From assembly GCA_043805415.1 (NCBI GenBank), contig JAZDHZ010000007.1, positions 29,786 through 93,785 on the forward strand: DNA of 64,000 bases, in the 5' to 3' direction. Positions 1 to 8,951 of the stretch are shown piece by piece; within the stretch, counting starts at the first letter, position 1; the number at the start of each line of letters is the position of its first letter. The DNA comes from Candidatus Omnitrophota bacterium. Its GTDB lineage: Bacteria; Omnitrophota; Gorgyraeia; B26-G9. The notes below the pieces were generated by a model. The model ran no database searches and had not been told where the DNA came from. It worked only from the letters and a program-made list of their open reading frames with translations. A program made the translations under genes and the position numbers.

Positions 1-369
1 AGTTACTGTAGTCTTGCCATTACTCCCGGTAATCGCGATGATCGGCGCCTGACAAAACCACGAGGCAAATTCAATTTCACTGTAGATTTTTATTTTATTT
101 TCCTTTGCCCAGACAAGCGCCGGGGAATTATTTTTAACTCCCGGGCTGGTAATAAAAAAATCCGCGGCTTTAAAAAACTCCGGACTATGACTGCCCAGTT
201 CAACAAAAACCCCTTTTTTATTCAGGATTTTTGCTTTTTGCCGCAGCGATTTATTGTCAGAATTTTCACTTACATATACCTGAGCCTGATGCTTAAGCGC
301 TAAAAAAGCCGCGGCATATCCCGAGCGGCTAAGCCCGATGATCACAATTTTCTTATTTTTAATATCCAT
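1..369 (-). CDS. murD: UDP-N-acetylmuramoyl-L-alanine--D-glutamate ligase, 5' part (runs off the left window edge)
   Basis: Not in the ORF track; hand translation from ATG at 369 gives MDIKNKKIVIIGLSRSGYAAA...ITSPGV...SEIEFA...IAITGSNGKTTVT. Follows mraY in dcw order. Confidence 0.93.
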   Translation of the reverse strand, partial: MDIKNKKIVIIGLSRSGYAAAFLALKHQAQVYVSENSDNKSLRQKAKILNKKGVFVELGSHSPEFFKAADFFITSPGVKNNSPALVWAKENKIKIYSEIEFASWFCQAPIIAITGSNGKTTVT

Positions 370-393
370 AACGTTTACCTGTTTTCGCAAATC

Positions 394-488
394 GTAGGGG
401 CGCTGCTTGCCTGCGCCCGGTCATAAATGATTTTCCCAATCTCTGATAATTGTATATTATTGCGGGCCGGGGCAAGCACGGCCCCTAC
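394..488. repeat. GTAG-type REP pair in inverted orientation (REPIN-like)
   Basis: GTAGGGGCGCTGCTTGCCTGCGCCCG (394-419) and CGGGCCGGGGCAAGCACGGCCCCTAC (463-488; reverse complement GTAGGGGCCGTGCTTGCCCCGGCCCG) flank an AT-rich spacer; each unit is itself palindromic. Confidence 0.8.
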
Positions 489-501
489 ATTATGACCTTG
501 C

Positions 502-1593
502 TTATCTTAATTTCAAAGTCGACAGACTAAACAGCGCCAGAATAATCGCCACAATCAAAAAGCGGAATATTATTTTTGACTCTGCCCAGCCTTTAAGCTG
601 AAAATGATGATGTAATGGGGCCATCAGAAATACTCTTTTTCCGCGCAACCGAAAAGAAAAAACCTGGATAATCACAGACAAAGCTTCGGCAACAAATATT
701 CCTCCCACCAGCACAAGCAATAATTCCTTTTTTATTAAAATAGCCACAGTACCCAAAGCACCGCCCAAAGCTAATGAACCGGTATCGCCCATAAAAATAT
801 CCGCCGGGTGACAATTATACCAAAGAAATCCCAGGCCCGCGCCGAAAATAGCCGCGCAAAAAACCGCAAGTTCGCCAGCTTGCGGCATAAAAATAATCTG
901 CAAATAATTACTAATTACATAGTGTCCGGTTACATAACTCATGCCGCAATAAGTAAGGGCCACGATTAAAACACAGCCTATGGCCAGACCATCTAAACCA
1001 TCAGTCAGGTTTACGGCGTTAGATGTTCCGATTATTACCAACGCGGAAAAAAATACATAAAAAGCGCCTAAGTGAATAATCAGATTTTTAAAAAACGGCA
1101 CATCTAAGCGATCCCCGATATTCGGATCCGCGTACAATAACAATCCGATAGCAATGCCCAAGACCATTTGACCGGCGAGCTTAACGGCAGCAGTTAAACC
1201 CCGGGATTTTTTCCTGGTCAGTTTTATATAATCATCGATAAATCCCACTATTCCTAACCAGACAGTGGAAAATAACGCGATCCAAATATATTTATTCGAT
1301 AAATCCGCCCATAATAAAACCGATAGAACAATAACAAAAATGATCAGGATTCCGCCCATGGTCGGAGTACCTTCTTTAGCTTTATGATGTTCATATAAAG
1401 ATGCCGTATCCTTTGTTTTACGTACCGATTCACCGATATTAAGCTTCTTCAGCATCTTGATAACTGTTTTACCCAGCATCGCGCTTAAAATAAATGCCGT
1501 GATCGCGCAAGCAACAATCCGAAATGTTATATATTTAAATACATTAAAACCAAAGAATACATCTTTTAAAGAATATAAAAAATGATAAAACAT
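502..1593 (-). CDS. mraY: Phospho-N-acetylmuramoyl-pentapeptide transferase
   Basis: GTPTMGG, GFIDDY, NAVNLTDGLDGL, FMGDTGS and APLHHHF motifs; multi-TM; dcw context. Confidence 0.98.
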   Translation of the reverse strand: MFYHFLYSLKDVFFGFNVFKYITFRIVACAITAFILSAMLGKTVIKMLKKLNIGESVRKTKDTASLYEHHKAKEGTPTMGGILIIFVIVLSVLLWADLSNKYIWIALFSTVWLGIVGFIDDYIKLTRKKSRGLTAAVKLAGQMVLGIAIGLLLYADPNIGDRLDVPFFKNLIIHLGAFYVFFSALVIIGTSNAVNLTDGLDGLAIGCVLIVALTYCGMSYVTGHYVISNYLQIIFMPQAGELAVFCAAIFGAGLGFLWYNCHPADIFMGDTGSLALGGALGTVAILIKKELLLVLVGGIFVAEALSVIIQVFSFRLRGKRVFLMAPLHHHFQLKGWAESKIIFRFLIVAIILALFSLSTLKLR

Positions 1594-1603
1594 AAGCGAT
1601 TAC

Positions 1604-3001
1604 CTATTCTTTTAATTTAGGGTTTAAAAAATCAATTATTTGTTCCAGATGCATGCCTCTTGAACCTTTAAGTAATACCACATCATCTTGTTTTCTTATT
1701 TTTTCTAAAACAGCCGCTGCTTCTTGATTAGTTTTACATTGATAAACATCTTCAGTCAACATCCCGCAATCTTTTGCGGCCATAGCCGCGTACTCCGCCT
1801 TTTGGCCAACAGTAATCAGCTTGGAGATCGAACTTTCCGCGATAAGTTTTCCAATCTGCTGATGCGCCTTATTACTGAATCTCCCTAATTCTAACATATC
1901 GCCAAAAACAAAAACTTTTCTTGTTTTACCTTTAATTGATACCAGCGTATTTATCGCCGCCAGGGTAGAATCAGGATTAGCATTATAACAATCGGCAATA
2001 ATACTCACTCCCTGACATTCTATTGTCTGCATGCGCAGCGATACTGGCTGGAATTTCAGCAATTGTTCTCTGATCAACGCATAGTCGATTTTAAAATGCT
2101 GGGCAATGGCTATTGCCGCTAAGGCATTGTACACATTATGCTCGCCTAAAACATTAATCCTAAACGTATACTTTTCATTAACCGTAAAAGCCATCCCATC
2201 AACATGACTGATTATATTTGATCCTTGATAAGCCGAGAGACTTTTTATTCCAAAATCCAGAAGCTCAACGCCAAACTCCTTAACTCTAGTATAAAGCGGC
2301 TTGCAATCAGCATTAACCACTGCCAGACTATTCGGCCCAAGCAGCTCAAGCAGCTCGCATTTCGCCTCTATTATATCAGAAATACTGTTAAAAAACTCTA
2401 GATGCGCGTTTGCCGCATTTGTAATCACCCCGATATCAGGAGCAGCGATAAAAGCCAGTCCCCTGATTTCTCCTTTATGGTTCATCCCCATTTCAATCAC
2501 TGCCGCCTGATGCGTGGCATCCAGCTCAAGCAAAGTCAGCGGCACTCCAATATGATTATTAAACGACCCTTTGCTTTTTAAGACTTTATATTTAGCTTCC
2601 AGAACGCAGGCAATCATATCCTTGGTAGTGGTTTTACCATTTGAGCCTGTCACGGCAATGATCGGGATAGAAAACTTTTTTCTATGGGTTTTAGCCAAAC
2701 AAGCTAAAGCCGCGATTGTATTTTCTACCGCGATAATCGGTTTATTAATCTTATTTAAATCTTTAGTATTTTCTTCGGCCCAGGCACTGGCAAGCAGCAC
2801 AGCTCGCGCACCCTTTTCCAGTGCCGGCAAAATATAGTCATGCCCATTAAAATTATCGCCGCGAATAGCGATAAACAAATTCCCGGGTTTTAAAGTCCGG
2901 GAATCAATCGACACTTGATTGATTTTCGTATTCAGATCAATCGCATCCTGATTAATTAAAACCCCTTGGGTAGCTTCAAGTATTTCTTTGATCGTAAACA
3001 T
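1604..3001 (-). CDS. murF: UDP-N-acetylmuramoyl-tripeptide--D-Ala-D-Ala ligase
   Basis: VTGSNGKTTTK, FNNHIGVP, EMGMNH, DCYNANP, GDMLELG and LLKGSRG motifs. Start moved to ATG at 3001 (GGGAG RBS upstream); the ORF-track extension runs into a repeat. Confidence 0.96.
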   Translation of the reverse strand: MFTIKEILEATQGVLINQDAIDLNTKINQVSIDSRTLKPGNLFIAIRGDNFNGHDYILPALEKGARAVLLASAWAEENTKDLNKINKPIIAVENTIAALACLAKTHRKKFSIPIIAVTGSNGKTTTKDMIACVLEAKYKVLKSKGSFNNHIGVPLTLLELDATHQAAVIEMGMNHKGEIRGLAFIAAPDIGVITNAANAHLEFFNSISDIIEAKCELLELLGPNSLAVVNADCKPLYTRVKEFGVELLDFGIKSLSAYQGSNIISHVDGMAFTVNEKYTFRINVLGEHNVYNALAAIAIAQHFKIDYALIREQLLKFQPVSLRMQTIECQGVSIIADCYNANPDSTLAAINTLVSIKGKTRKVFVFGDMLELGRFSNKAHQQIGKLIAESSISKLITVGQKAEYAAMAAKDCGMLTEDVYQCKTNQEAAAVLEKIRKQDDVVLLKGSRGMHLEQIIDFLNPKLKE

Positions 3002-3013
3002 GTTGTTACTCCC

Positions 3014-3240
3014 TATTGAGTATCGAGTATTGCGTCGTGCGTATTGCACAAAAAAACTCTAATTAATAAACAACGCTGTACTCAAGATGACCGGCAAATT
3101 TTATGCTCAGTATAAATTTTCTTGCTAAAAACCAGCAAGACCAGCTAAATATAAACTGTGTTTTTGGCTGCTGCGGAACTCACCCAGCTATGGCTGGGCT
3201 CAGACAGTCCTCGCAGCCCAAAGGGTTCCCAAAAACCCAA
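3014..3240. repeat. Intergenic degenerate heptamer array plus REP-like hairpins
   Basis: tattgag-tatcgag-tattgcg-tcgtgcg-tattgca (3014-3048); hairpin tcttgct/agcaaga (3120-3140); GCTGCG..CCCAGC-tatg-GCTGGG..CGCAGC (3170-3217). Related sequence at 54255-54352. Confidence 0.65.
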
Positions 3241-3356
3241 TTCATATTTGCCTAAATTTATAAACTCGCTTAAAAATTTCCCAATCATCTTTCATAAAGT
3301 TCGTTTTTGCTTTATTTTTCTTTCTTTTTTTTTATCTATAGACCATTAGCTATTGA

Positions 3357-4839
3357 CTATTGACCATTTTCCGTCAAGAACTTCCGCACAATTTTTTTGT
3401 CATCAAACGCTATTGTTTTATCTTTAAATATCTGGTATGTCTCATGGCCTTTTCCGGCAATCAGAACAAAATCTCCCTTAACCGCGCTGCGACAGGCTTT
3501 TTGAATTGCCTGATCTCGTTCCGGCACAATTTCATAAGCTTTAAATCCCAGCCCAAACCCGGTTTTTATTTGCTCAATTATTTTAAGCGGCTCTTCTGTG
3601 CGGGGATTATCATTGGTGATAAACAGAAAATCAGAAAGCTTGCTTGCTATCCGGCCCATTAAAAACCGTTTTTCTTTATCTCTGTCTCCGCCGCAGCCAA
3701 AAACAGTAATTATTCGATTCGGGTTTAATTCGCGCAACGCGTTTAATACATTCTTCAGCGCGTCGTCAGTATGCGCATAGTCGACAAAAACATCAAAACC
3801 TTTATCAGTTTTAAGCCGCTCAAGCCTGCCGTTTACCTGCCCCATGGTTTTCAGCGCGGCAGCGATTTTTTCAATTGAGATGCCTTCTTCCCTAGCCGCG
3901 CCAATAGCGGCGAGAAGATTATAAATATTATATTTCCCAATCAGGCTTGTCTGAATCGGATAACGGCCTTGTTCACAAACCAGCATAAAACTAGTCTGAT
4001 CAATGCCTAAAACAATATCTTCCGCCTTAAGCGTAGCATTTTTATCATCAATCGCATAGCTGATTATTTTTGCTTTTGTAAGCTGTTTTAATTTTTGGGC
4101 GTAGGGATCATCACTATTTATAATCGCGGCTGAGCTGGCCGCTAATCCGGAAAACAAACTCGCTTTAGCAGCAAAATATTGTTCCTTAGATTTATGATAA
4201 TCTAAATGGTCATGCGTAAGATTAGTAAAAACCGCTGTTTTAAAATTTATCCCTTCTACCCGGAATTGGTCAAGCGCGTGCGAAGAAACTTCCATGATAT
4301 TATGAGTTAAATTATGGGCAAGCATATGATGCAGCAAATGCTGTATTTTAATCGCGTCCGGAGTTGTATTTACAGCCGGAACAATATGATCGGATATTTT
4401 ATACTGGATGGTGCCGATTACCCCGGAGTTGATTCCATTTTTTTTTTAAGATGTGCTCAATTAAATAGGATATTGTTGTCTTGCCATTTGTCCCGGTAAT
4501 CCCGATTGAGGTTAATTTATTTGAGGGGTTTCCAAAATACTCAGCAGCAAGTTTACCGACACTTATCCTGGCATTGGCAACTTCAATAAACACAGCCGAG
4601 TTGAATAATCCGCTATTTATCGGTTTATTTCCTGTTTCATAAACAATCAGCCTTGCCCCTTTCTCTATCGCTGCTTTAATAAAATCATGGCCATCGCTGC
4701 TCGTGCCTTTTATCGCGAAAAAACAATAATCCGCGGAAACAGTTCTTGAGTCAAGACTCAATCCTTTTAAATCAAAATCATCAAACTCATACTTTTCCGG
4801 GTTTTTGCCCAGGATGTTTAAAGCCTTATAAGCCTTCAC
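3357..4839 (-). CDS. murE: UDP-N-acetylmuramoyl-L-alanyl-D-glutamate--meso-DAP ligase, split by a +1 frameshift in an A10 run at 4438-4447
   Basis: N-part (4399-4839) has DSR and ITGTNGKTT. The other frame continues NGINSGVIGTIQY...NTTPDA...MEVSSHA...NLTHDHLDYH...VDYAHT...GCGGDRD...DNPR...AGKGHE. Removing one A fuses the two parts. Confidence 0.93.
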
Positions 4840-4872
4840 AGGATTTCCTTTGTTTAATATATTTAACCGCGG

Positions 4873-6612
4873 TTAGTCTGTTATGCTGGTCGTGTTTTTT
4901 TGATTAGTTGACGGTTTTTGATCAGCAATGTTGTTCTGCATCGGCACATCCATATACTTTAATACTTTTTCGGCAATATTTTTAAATATCGGAGCACAAA
5001 CAGTGCCGCCATAATAAAACGGCTTTGGTTCGTCAAAGACAACGGCAATAACTACCTTGGGGTTCTCTGCCGGAGCAAAACCAATAAAAGAAGCAATAAA
5101 TTTATTGTGAGAATAGCCTTCACCGGCAACTACTTTTTGCGCGGTACCGGTTTTCCCGGCAGTTGAATATCCCTTAACTTTCGCGCTTTTACCAGTCCCA
5201 TTCTCAACAACCCCTTGCAATATATCGCGCATTTTTATCGCTGTCTTTGCGCTGATAATTCTTGCCGCCGGCTCTGGCTGAATATCTTTTATAATTTCAT
5301 TTTTACTGTCGATTATCTTACTAACTAGATGCGGATTAACAAGATATCCGCCATTGGCGATAACTGCCATAGCGCGGGCCATTTGAATTACGGTTACCCC
5401 GATTTCATGTCCAATCGGAAGGGCAGCAATCGAGAGTTTTGACCATTGTTCCAGCGGTCTAAAGAACCCCTCAACTTCACCCGGAAGATCAATATCCGTC
5501 TTTTGACCAAAACCAAATTTTTTAATATATTTATATAATAAAGCCGGTCCCAGCTTTTGGGCAATTTTTACAGTTCCGATATTGCTTGATTTTTCGATAA
5601 CCTCGACAAAACTAAGATTGCCATGCGGGGTATGATCATGTAAAATATGCCGGGATACGGTATATTCGCCGTTTTCACAAAAAAATACATCATCTAAAGC
5701 AACAACATTTTCTTCTAAAACCGCGCTGGCGGTAATAATTTTAAAAGTAGATCCCGGCTCAAAATAATCACTAACTGCCCTATTTCGTTTCGCGTCATCC
5801 ATTGCTTGGCCGAAACAATTTAAATCATAGCCTGGACGGTTTACCAGCGCGTAAATTTCTCCATTTTCCGGATTCATTATAATCACCGAAGCGCCGACGG
5901 CTTTACTTTTTTCAAATCCCGCGTCTAATTCTTGTTCGGCAATATGCTGAATAACCGCGTCAAGGGTTAATACAATATTATGCCCATTAATTTCCGGAAT
6001 ATATTCATATTCAAAAGCCGGCATAATCCGCTGCTTCGCGTCGCGGACTAATGATCTTTTGCCGGCCTGGCCTCTTAAATATTTATCATAGATTAATTCC
6101 ACTCCGGAAAGACCATTTTCATCAATACCGGCAAAACCAACAACATGTGCCGCAAGGCCGGCATTCGGATAATATCTTTTATTTTCAGTTAATAAAGACA
6201 CTCCTTTGATTTTTTCCTGTTTTACCCGTAAGGCGAGATCATCTTCAATCCTTCTTTTTACCCAGATAAAAGACTTATCGCGTTTTAGTTTTTCCAATAA
6301 AACATTGTAATCAAGTTCTAATATTGATGAAAGCTTTAAAGCGACTTCTTCTTTATTTTCGATTTCCCGCGGAACAGCATATACTGAAAAAACTTTTAAG
6401 CTTAAAGCAAATGTTTTTAAATTTCGATCAAAAATAAAGCCCCTTTGCGGGAAAAGTTTCAAAGTAAGATTATGCTGCGAATCAGCAAGTTTGATATAAT
6501 CACTGTAGTTTATGACTTGAATATAAAGCAAACGGAAAAAAATAACCAGTAGGATAAAAAGGTAAGAGAAAAACACTATTGCAAGCCGAAGCTTTTGCGG
6601 CCTTTTGTACAC
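4873..6612 (-). CDS. ftsI: Class B penicillin-binding protein (septal transpeptidase PBP3)
   Basis: N-terminal TM, RGxIxDRN, EPGSTFK (SxxK), SSN (SxN) and KTGT motifs; dcw position. Confidence 0.95.
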   Translation of the reverse strand: MYKRPQKLRLAIVFFSYLFILLVIFFRLLYIQVINYSDYIKLADSQHNLTLKLFPQRGFIFDRNLKTFALSLKVFSVYAVPREIENKEEVALKLSSILELDYNVLLEKLKRDKSFIWVKRRIEDDLALRVKQEKIKGVSLLTENKRYYPNAGLAAHVVGFAGIDENGLSGVELIYDKYLRGQAGKRSLVRDAKQRIMPAFEYEYIPEINGHNIVLTLDAVIQHIAEQELDAGFEKSKAVGASVIIMNPENGEIYALVNRPGYDLNCFGQAMDDAKRNRAVSDYFEPGSTFKIITASAVLEENVVALDDVFFCENGEYTVSRHILHDHTPHGNLSFVEVIEKSSNIGTVKIAQKLGPALLYKYIKKFGFGQKTDIDLPGEVEGFFRPLEQWSKLSIAALPIGHEIGVTVIQMARAMAVIANGGYLVNPHLVSKIIDSKNEIIKDIQPEPAARIISAKTAIKMRDILQGVVENGTGKSAKVKGYSTAGKTGTAQKVVAGEGYSHNKFIASFIGFAPAENPKVVIAVVFDEPKPFYYGGTVCAPIFKNIAEKVLKYMDVPMQNNIADQKPSTNQKNTTSITD

Positions 6613-6676
6613 GTTAGCAGATAGATCCTTATTTGATGAATGTTAAATTAAATTTAAAATTATTGAGCGGGAAAAA

Positions 6677-7051
6677 TTATCTTCTTAGATCTGAAGCGGC
6701 TTGCGCTTTAGGAACAAGTGCATCCAAAAGATTTGTTTTCCAATTCAATCTCGTTGTTTTTGCCAGTTGCGGCTGATTCTTCCGAATCACCCTGACTTGT
6801 GCCACTGCCGCAGGTTCAGGAAAACTTAAATCCATATTGTTCTGTTTCAGCATGCTAGCCAAATACTGGGGTGACTTCAAACTCATATTATTATATAATA
6901 AACTCTGGTTCTGGTCAATCATCTGACTCAAGCATTTTTCTTTATCTCTTAAACTATAACTCAGTTTTACAATTTCTACCTGCTGCCTAACATAAGCTAA
7001 GCAAATAGAGGTACTTATCACTGCGCAGATTAAGACACTTTTCAATCTCAT
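6677..7051 (-). CDS. ftsL: Probable cell division protein FtsL
   Basis: Short N-terminal TM followed by a coiled-coil-like segment, between rsmH and ftsI; assigned mainly by position. Confidence 0.7.
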   Translation of the reverse strand: MRLKSVLICAVISTSICLAYVRQQVEIVKLSYSLRDKEKCLSQMIDQNQSLLYNNMSLKSPQYLASMLKQNNMDLSFPEPAAVAQVRVIRKNQPQLAKTTRLNWKTNLLDALVPKAQAASDLRR

Positions 7052-7076
7052 ATATTTCCCTTTTAGTAATAAAGAA

Positions 7077-7964
7077 CTATATTTTTTCAGCTACACGCAA
7101 CTTCGCGCTACGGCTTTTCCGATTTTCCGCTAACTCTGGTTCGCCAGGCACAAGCGGTCTCTTGGTGATTATTTTTAAAACTCCTTTTTTGGCCTGAGCT
7201 CTAAATTCATGCTTAACTATTCTGTCTTCTAAAGAATGGAACGATATTACGCAGATTCTTCCGCCCGGACTAAGCAAATCAATCGCGTCAATAAGCCCGG
7301 ACTGTAATACTTCCAGCTCCCGGTTAACCGCGATTCTTAAAGCCATAAATGTTTTAGTCGCGGGATGGATTTTTTTATATCTTTCTTTAACCGGAAGCGC
7401 CGCGATAACAATATCGGCTAATTCCTGAGTCGAGGTAATTACTTTATTATTCCGCTGGCTGACAATTCTCCGGGCGATTCTCCGGCTGAATCTTTCTTCG
7501 CCGAACTGAAAGATTAAATTGGCGATTTCTTCTTCCGAGAGATTATTAATCAGATCAAAAGCCGTTATTTGGGCTTTTTTATCCATGCGCATATTCAGCG
7601 GCCCGTCAAACTGAAAGCTGAAACCGCGCTCCGGATCAGTAAACTGCAAGTTGGAAACTCCCAGGTCAAAAAGGACGCCATCCATGGCGTTTAAACCCAG
7701 GCTTTGAATCACATCCCTGATACCTTGAAAGTTTCGGTTAACCAGCGTAAACGATCCGTCAAAACAAGAAAGACGCCGGCGGCTAAGACTTAGGGCATCA
7801 TCATCCTGATCAATGCCGATAAGCTGACCGCCCGGCGTTATCTTTCTCAATATGCCTTCACTGTGCCCTGCTTCCCCCACTGTACAATCAACGATCACCT
7901 TCCCTGGCAAAAGCTGCAAGTACGATAAAACTTCATTAAGCATCACAGGTACGTGTTGGCTCAT
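7077..7964 (-). CDS. rsmH: 16S rRNA m4C1402 methyltransferase (MraW)
   Basis: HVPVML, DCTVGEAGHS, DLGVS, RGFSF, ISFHSLEDRIVK and SRSAKLR motifs; start moved to MSQHVP at 7964. Confidence 0.97.
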   Translation of the reverse strand: MSQHVPVMLNEVLSYLQLLPGKVIVDCTVGEAGHSEGILRKITPGGQLIGIDQDDDALSLSRRRLSCFDGSFTLVNRNFQGIRDVIQSLGLNAMDGVLFDLGVSNLQFTDPERGFSFQFDGPLNMRMDKKAQITAFDLINNLSEEEIANLIFQFGEERFSRRIARRIVSQRNNKVITSTQELADIVIAALPVKERYKKIHPATKTFMALRIAVNRELEVLQSGLIDAIDLLSPGGRICVISFHSLEDRIVKHEFRAQAKKGVLKIITKRPLVPGEPELAENRKSRSAKLRVAEKI

Positions 7965-7986
7965 TTCAGTTTCTTCTGGTTTATCA

Positions 7987-8427
7987 TCACTCCAGACCCA
8001 TGAGTTTTTCCGCAGTATCCTCAAAGGTCTCTCGAGTATTTTCATAAAATTCCTTCCAGCTATGTTTGCTCCAGATTTCTATTCTGTTAGCAACACCGAT
8101 AATTAAAACATCCTTGTCAATCTGGGCAAACTCTTTGAGATATTGCGGAATCAGAACCCTTCCTTGGGCATCGCAGATAATTTCGCTGGCACCGGAAAAG
8201 AATAAGCGATTAAACCGTCTGGCTTCAGCTTTGGTAAACGACAAAGCCTTAAATTTCTGTTCCTGGCGCCGCCATTCATCTTCCGTGAACACAAATAAAC
8301 ATCCGTCAAGCCCACGGGTAATAAAAAACTTTTCCCCGAAATTATTCTTAACTGCCTCGCGAAACTTGGCAGGAATAATAACCCGGTTTTTTTTATCTAA
8401 TGAATGTTCAAACTCTCCGTAGAACAT
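7987..8427 (-). CDS. mraZ: Division/cell-wall cluster transcriptional repressor MraZ
   Basis: MFYGEFEHSLDKKNRVIIP, DAQGRVLIP and RIEIW; first gene of the dcw cluster; likely start is ATG at 8427. Confidence 0.97.
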   Translation of the reverse strand: MFYGEFEHSLDKKNRVIIPAKFREAVKNNFGEKFFITRGLDGCLFVFTEDEWRRQEQKFKALSFTKAEARRFNRLFFSGASEIICDAQGRVLIPQYLKEFAQIDKDVLIIGVANRIEIWSKHSWKEFYENTRETFEDTAEKLMGLE

Positions 8428-8430
8428 ATA

Positions 8431-8460
8431 CCCCACTTTCTACCACTTTTCTCCACATAA
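8431..8460 (-). promoter_or_regulatory. MraZ-binding direct repeats (three GTGG boxes, 10-bp spacing)
   Basis: Minus strand reads ttatGTGGag-aaaaGTGGta-gaaaGTGGgg directly upstream of mraZ, matching known MraZ operator repeats. Confidence 0.8.
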
Positions 8461-8463
8461 ACA

Positions 8464-8492
8464 AATATACTTTATTTTCCAGTGCATGTCAA
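8464..8492 (-). promoter_or_regulatory. Sigma70-type promoter of the dcw operon
   Basis: TTGACA (8492-8487), 17-bp spacer, TATATT (8469-8464) on the minus strand, just upstream of the MraZ boxes. Confidence 0.75.
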
Positions 8493-8638
8493 CTAAAAAA
8501 CAGAATTATTTTAAAAAATATTTAATTATACTGTTTGCGATATTGGAAGTGAAGATTTACCTCAAGATATTGCGCTTGGCCTTAAAACTAAAAAAATCAT
8601 CCGGCATGGCTTGACATCATGCGCTTTGGGGATACCAC

Positions 8639-8667
8639 TTGACTTTCAGATATTAACTTGATAAAAT
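8639..8667 (+). promoter_or_regulatory. Sigma70-type promoter with extended -10, upstream of the small ORF and rSAM gene
   Basis: TTGACT (8639-8644), 17-bp spacer ending TGa, then TAAAAT (8662-8667). Confidence 0.75.
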
Positions 8668-8706
8668 AATAAACAGACAAAATGTTGTTAAAGAGAGGAG
8701 ACTCCA

Positions 8707-8790
8707 TTGAAGCTGAAAAAAATTAATAAAACCACGGAAAAGAAAAATTTACTATCTCGTTTCTGCCGTTCCGGTAGAGTCTTGTGGTAG
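8707..8790 (+). CDS. Putative RiPP precursor peptide, 27 aa: MKLKKINKTTEKKNLLSRFCRSGRVLW
   Basis: RBS GAGAGGAG (8693-8700) 6 nt before a TTG start; TAG stop at 8788-8790. Lies between the promoter and an RRE-type rSAM/SPASM gene; Lys-rich leader-like N-terminus. Below the ORF-track size cutoff. Confidence 0.72.
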   Translation: MKLKKINKTTEKKNLLSRFCRSGRVLW

Positions 8791-8951
8791 AAATCAATTT
8801 ACGCCCAGAATAAACACCTGTTAATTTTTACCAGATTCGCTTTCCGATCAATCTCCCGCATATTTTAATGAGATTGAAGCAAGCAGACTGGAATGTGTTT
8901 TACATTTAACAATACTCTACAAGATATTTTTATCATTAAGCGCAGAAACCA

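Noticed and set aside
3158-3349. 63-aa plus-strand ORF in the murE-murF spacer
   Set aside because: Runs through REP-like hairpins, is antisense to the operon and has no evident RBS.
8788-8868. Possible TAG read-through extending the precursor peptide
   Set aside because: The downstream frame has no core-like features and there is no evidence of recoding in the window.
8868-8909. Second tiny ORF, MRLKQADWNVFYI, upstream of the rSAM gene
   Set aside because: No RBS, only 13 aa, and its start lies within a hairpin; the 8707-8790 ORF is much better supported.
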